Positions 60,039 to 64,000 of a stretch of 64,000 bases of DNA are shown here, piece after piece (within the stretch, counting starts at the first letter, position 1; each line of letters begins with the position of its first letter). The stretch lies in assembly GCF_009914755.1 (NCBI RefSeq), contig NC_060930.1, one strand, 5' to 3'. The translations under genes and the position numbers were made by a program. This stretch comes from the human T2T-CHM13v2.0 reference genome, Homo sapiens. The notes under the pieces were generated by a model. The model made no database searches. It was not told where the DNA came from and saw only the letters and a list, made by a program, of their open reading frames with translations.

Positions 60039-61479
60039 AAGAGTTCTCATTTTTGAGAAAGCATTTTCTTGAAAAGACAGGGGCAAAAGTTATTTTAAAC
60101 TGGTTGAGGAGGAAACAGGAGGTGTGACTGTAGTGGTGGCCATTTAGAATATTTTCATAGACTTTGGAGAAGAATAGAGAGAGAGAGATGGGACAAGTAG
60201 TTTGAGGGGGCACAGAGTTGACAGTGTTGATGTATTTTCTTTTTGTATTTCTTTTCCTCTGGCTGAAAGGTAGGGATAGTAGAAAGAAAGAGGCAGAAGA
60301 TACAACAGAGGGCACATTCCAGTGGAGAACTGGGGGGATGGAATGAAGGGCATGGGAAGAATTATCTTGAAAGGAAGTGAAGACATCTTTTTGAAACCAC
60401 AACCATGAAAACATTAGTAAGGTTAGTCCAAAAGTAGAGGGGAATTGAGGGAGTATGTGCCAGATAGCATCTGTTTTCTCTGTCAACTCAGAAGGGAATG
60501 GTATTTATTAAGAGGTGTAAGGGCGTTGTCACTTTGAGGAGAGTAGGCAAAGTTGGGTGTAGCCTTCACTGGAGAAGGGAAGGGAAGGGGGACTGACCTC
60601 CAATGACCAAGTAAGCTATCGTGCAGGACTGTGGTTCCAGTCCAGACTCAAAAACATTAATTTGCAATGGAGCCAATCCACATGGGTGCATCATTTACTT
60701 TGGTAGTATTTGGGAAATCGAGGAAGAGGAATGGAGAAAAGAGAGAATCAGGGTGATCTGGGGCTGAAGTCAGCATGGGCCAGGGCAGCAGAAGATTCCT
60801 GTGGCAAGAGGTAAAGAAAGCTACTGAGACTGTCAGAATGCAGCAGCCTCCACAGAGTGGGGAGGGACAGGAGCTGTGCTCAGGTTGGGTGGGGGTGACA
60901 GTGGGGGCAGCAGAGAGAGAAAAGTTGCATTTCCAGAGGGGAGTTTTATATTTTAGCATCTTTAGGCTCATTCTAAATTTTAGTGCAGTCTAATTCAATC
61001 AGGAGAATTGAGTCAGTAAAAAGTTAACGTTAATAAAAATTTCCTAAAAGCAATAGGCTTGCGCTACACATTACACCAGATGTCTTCATTCTATGAAGCC
61101 TTGGGGAATGGCCCTTTCCCCTCAGAGGCCACTACAAGGAGACGGGGTTTCCAAGGACCCTCCTTCCACCTCTGTCTGCTTACACATGGATTTATCTGTC
61201 TGATCGATTAGGAACCTGTAGACTGACATTTAAAGAAAGGGTACAGAATCTAAAAAGACATTAAGAGACTTCGCATGTGATTCTCAGGGATACTCCACAT
61301 GGATATGCACGACCTGAGAGCTTGTTAAATGTGCAGATGCCCCACCCTCACTCCCAGGCCATCTGCTTCCTGGATTCTGGGAGACCTGATCTGCATTTCC
61401 ACAAGCACAAACACGACTTCAGAAAAAGTTGGTTTAGTGGGTCCAAGAAAGTTGACACCTATGGCATGCAGAAATTGTT

Positions 61480-62560
61480 CTAGATGTTTGGAGAAAACAG
61501 GGAACAAAATAAAGACCCTGCCCCACGGAGTTCATATTCCAGTGAAGGAAGGCAGATAATACATTGATTATACGATCAATGAGAAGGTGGTGAGGGCAGT
61601 GACGGGAGAAAAATAGACCAGAGGGCAGGCAATGGAGGGTCATAGTAGGGACAGGCTGCAATACTAAGGAGAAAGGTCAGGTGAGGTCAAAGAGGGAATG
61701 ATGGGAGCTGAGTAGGTTGGGATGGGTGACTTCTGCTTTTGCTCAGAGGGCCACAGAAAGCCATCTGAGAGTGCTCAGCAGAAGACTGAATAACCTGCAG
61801 AACATTTTCTGAGGATAATGTTGGCTCTTGCCTTGAGAGTAGATCTGGAGGTGGGGTAGGAGTGGGGGAATCTATTAGAAGGTAATTGCAGGAATCTAGG
61901 CAAGAGATGACAGTGGGTTGGACCTGGTAGCAGCAGGGCAGGTGGTGAGAAGAGTTTGGTCCTGGGGATATCTTGAAGGTAGAGTCAGAATTCCCCATAG
62001 GTTAGGATGAGGCATAGAAGAGAAAGAAAGAGGTATAAACAACTCTAGAGATGGGTCAGCATCAACTGAAACGGGAAAGGCTGCTGGTTGGGGAGGGAAG
62101 ATTGAGAGTTTGATTTTGGACACATTGAAGTTGACATGCTTATCAGACATCTGTGGGGTCTGTGGAGTGGATCGCTGAAGTTTGGGAGAGAGGTGTGGAC
62201 TAGGGAGGGTCATTGGCATATAGATACTGTTTACAGCTGTGAGACTGGATGAGATCCCAAGGGGAAGGAGTGTCTATAGAGAGAGGGTGGAGGCCAAGAC
62301 ATGGCTCTGGGAAACTCCAACACCTGAGGTCAGGGAGTAGAGGGGAGCCAGCAGTGAAGATGGGAAGGAAAAGACCAGTGAAGTGGGGGGGAAAGTGGAG
62401 TGAGGTGTCCTGAAAGTCAAATGAAGAAAGAGAATCAAGGAGAAAGGAGTGATTGGCCATGTCTGGAGCTACTGATGAGTCAAGTAAGATGAGGACTGAG
62501 AACTGGCTGTGAAACTTTATAGTGAGAGAAAGCGTAGTATGATTGTATGCTGATAATCTG
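61480..62560 (-). mobile_element. L2 fragment
   Basis: GATATCTTGAAGGTAGAGTCA, TTTGGACACATTGAAG, AGTAAGATGAGGACTGAGAA, typical of antisense L2. Confidence 0.75.
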
Positions 62561-64000
62561 GTTGAATGGGAAAACATAGTGATGTAGGAGACAGGGAGCA
62601 ATGCCCTTGAGTAGACCTGAGGATATGGGCTGGACAGTGCAAATAGAGAGCTTTGCTTTAGCAGGAGATTGTACAATTTATCTGCAATAAAGGAAGGAAG
62701 GCAGAATGCATGGGTACAGATGCTGGGAAATGGGTGGGTGAGGTGTGGGAGTGTAAGCATTCTCTTCTGGGTGCTATGATGTTCTCAGGGAAGTAGAGTC
62801 GAGTTTCTTGAGAGTTAAGACATGATTGAGATTGTATTTTTGTTAAGGAAGCGTGACCAAGCCAGAAGAAGCAAGGAAGCTGAGGATATGTGCAAAGAAG
62901 TGATTATACCGATTTACCATGGAATGTAAACTAAGCTTCAAGGGCATCACATGGGTGTGGGCCACAGACGGCCTGGATCGCTGGGTTGGAGGTACCAATG
63001 AGTCAGCAGTATTATTGCTCTGGGAGATCAGACAGGCTGAACAAGGAAGAGAAAGTGGGGACCAGAAATAAATGTTTTTGGTGCTATTCGAAACTGTATT
63101 TTCCTTAATAGAAGATTAATTCTTCAGGAATCAGACCTTCAGTGTATGTGAATTAAGATGATAAAAGGAAAGGAAGGGACTGTTGGATCAAATAAAAAAT
63201 TATTTATTCATCATTTACTTTATGCCCTGTTGTGTGCTTGCCTTTGGGGAAACTTTTAATTTAGTTAAATCTACATTTTCTAAGAATTTCTAGTGAAGTG
63301 CTAAACCAGAGTGTATTGACCATTAGAACTCCCAGTGTATAGAGAAGGTGCTGTGTTCCCACCATTCTTCAATGGGTGAGTGTTTCTTGGGGATGTGGTT
63401 GGTTCTCAAACTTCTGCAGCCACTTCCCTTTCTTGCCTTCCATCTCGTGTGCTTACATTGTACATACATATTCAAAACTCCAAAACATAGGAGTTCTAAC
63501 CCTGACACTTCTGAGTACATTTACCAAGACAATGAAATAACCTACTTAAAATTCAGTAGCATTCTGGGTATCTCAGGACACTTGGCCAATGTTCAGACAG
63601 TGATGTGATGACGTTCATTCCCGTTCTGTTCCTCACTGGCTCTCAGTGTAAATGGTGCCCCCTGGCATGGTTCTGTGCCTCTTTGGAGATTCCCACTGGG
63701 ATTTCTGAACTGTCCAGGTGCAGGCATCACAGGAGCCAGTGTCCCCAACACCAGTGAGTACACTACTCACTCCTTGTTTGCCCCCGTGTCACCAGTTCAC
63801 ACATCCTTGAACTACAGGTGAAAACTCTTGTCATCGTTTCCCATAAAGTTTTTTTTCAGGCTTTCTACAGAAACTCTCATATATTATTAATGGGAGACCA
63901 TGAAGCAAATGAGTGTGTCAATGTATTTAAGCTGACACTTGAATGAGAGGAGTTGGATGCTCAGGGAGACACATTAGTTTGCTCCCTCTGGGGCAGACCC

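Noticed and set aside
63742-63772. Short perfect hairpins (AGTGAGTA/TACTCACT; also GGCTGAGGC/GCCTCAGCC near 26625)
   Set aside because: 8-9 bp stems are expected by chance in 64 kb; no pre-miRNA-length structure

Overview
Primate (almost certainly human) intergenic or intronic DNA made mostly of interspersed repeats; I see no host protein-coding exon, RNA gene or CRISPR array, and I cannot name the locus. The dominant feature is a full-length L1HS on the minus strand (51039-57074). It carries Ta diagnostics and Ta-0 nucleotides, intact ORF1 (338 aa), ORF2 (1275 aa) and antisense ORF0 (71 aa), and sits inside a Charlie1-type hAT fossil with an anomalous target-site duplication (TSD). Also present: a twin-primed (5'-inverted) L1PA with an apparent 30-nt 3' transduction (3291-4402), an older 5'-inverted L1MA (59502-60038), a near full-length Tigger1 split by an MST LTR, about 12 Alus including two three-arm composites, MaLR LTRs, MITEs, MIR and L2 fragments, two CA-rich tracts and a ~430-bp pyrimidine tract. 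An 8 x 66-bp minisatellite has a unit that packs TEAD-, CDX/HOX- and FOX-like motifs. I found no convincing wholly new biological system; the best leads are the possibly active L1HS, the transduction tag and the motif-array minisatellite. Repeat family names and consensus comparisons are from memory and need RepeatMasker/Dfam confirmation.
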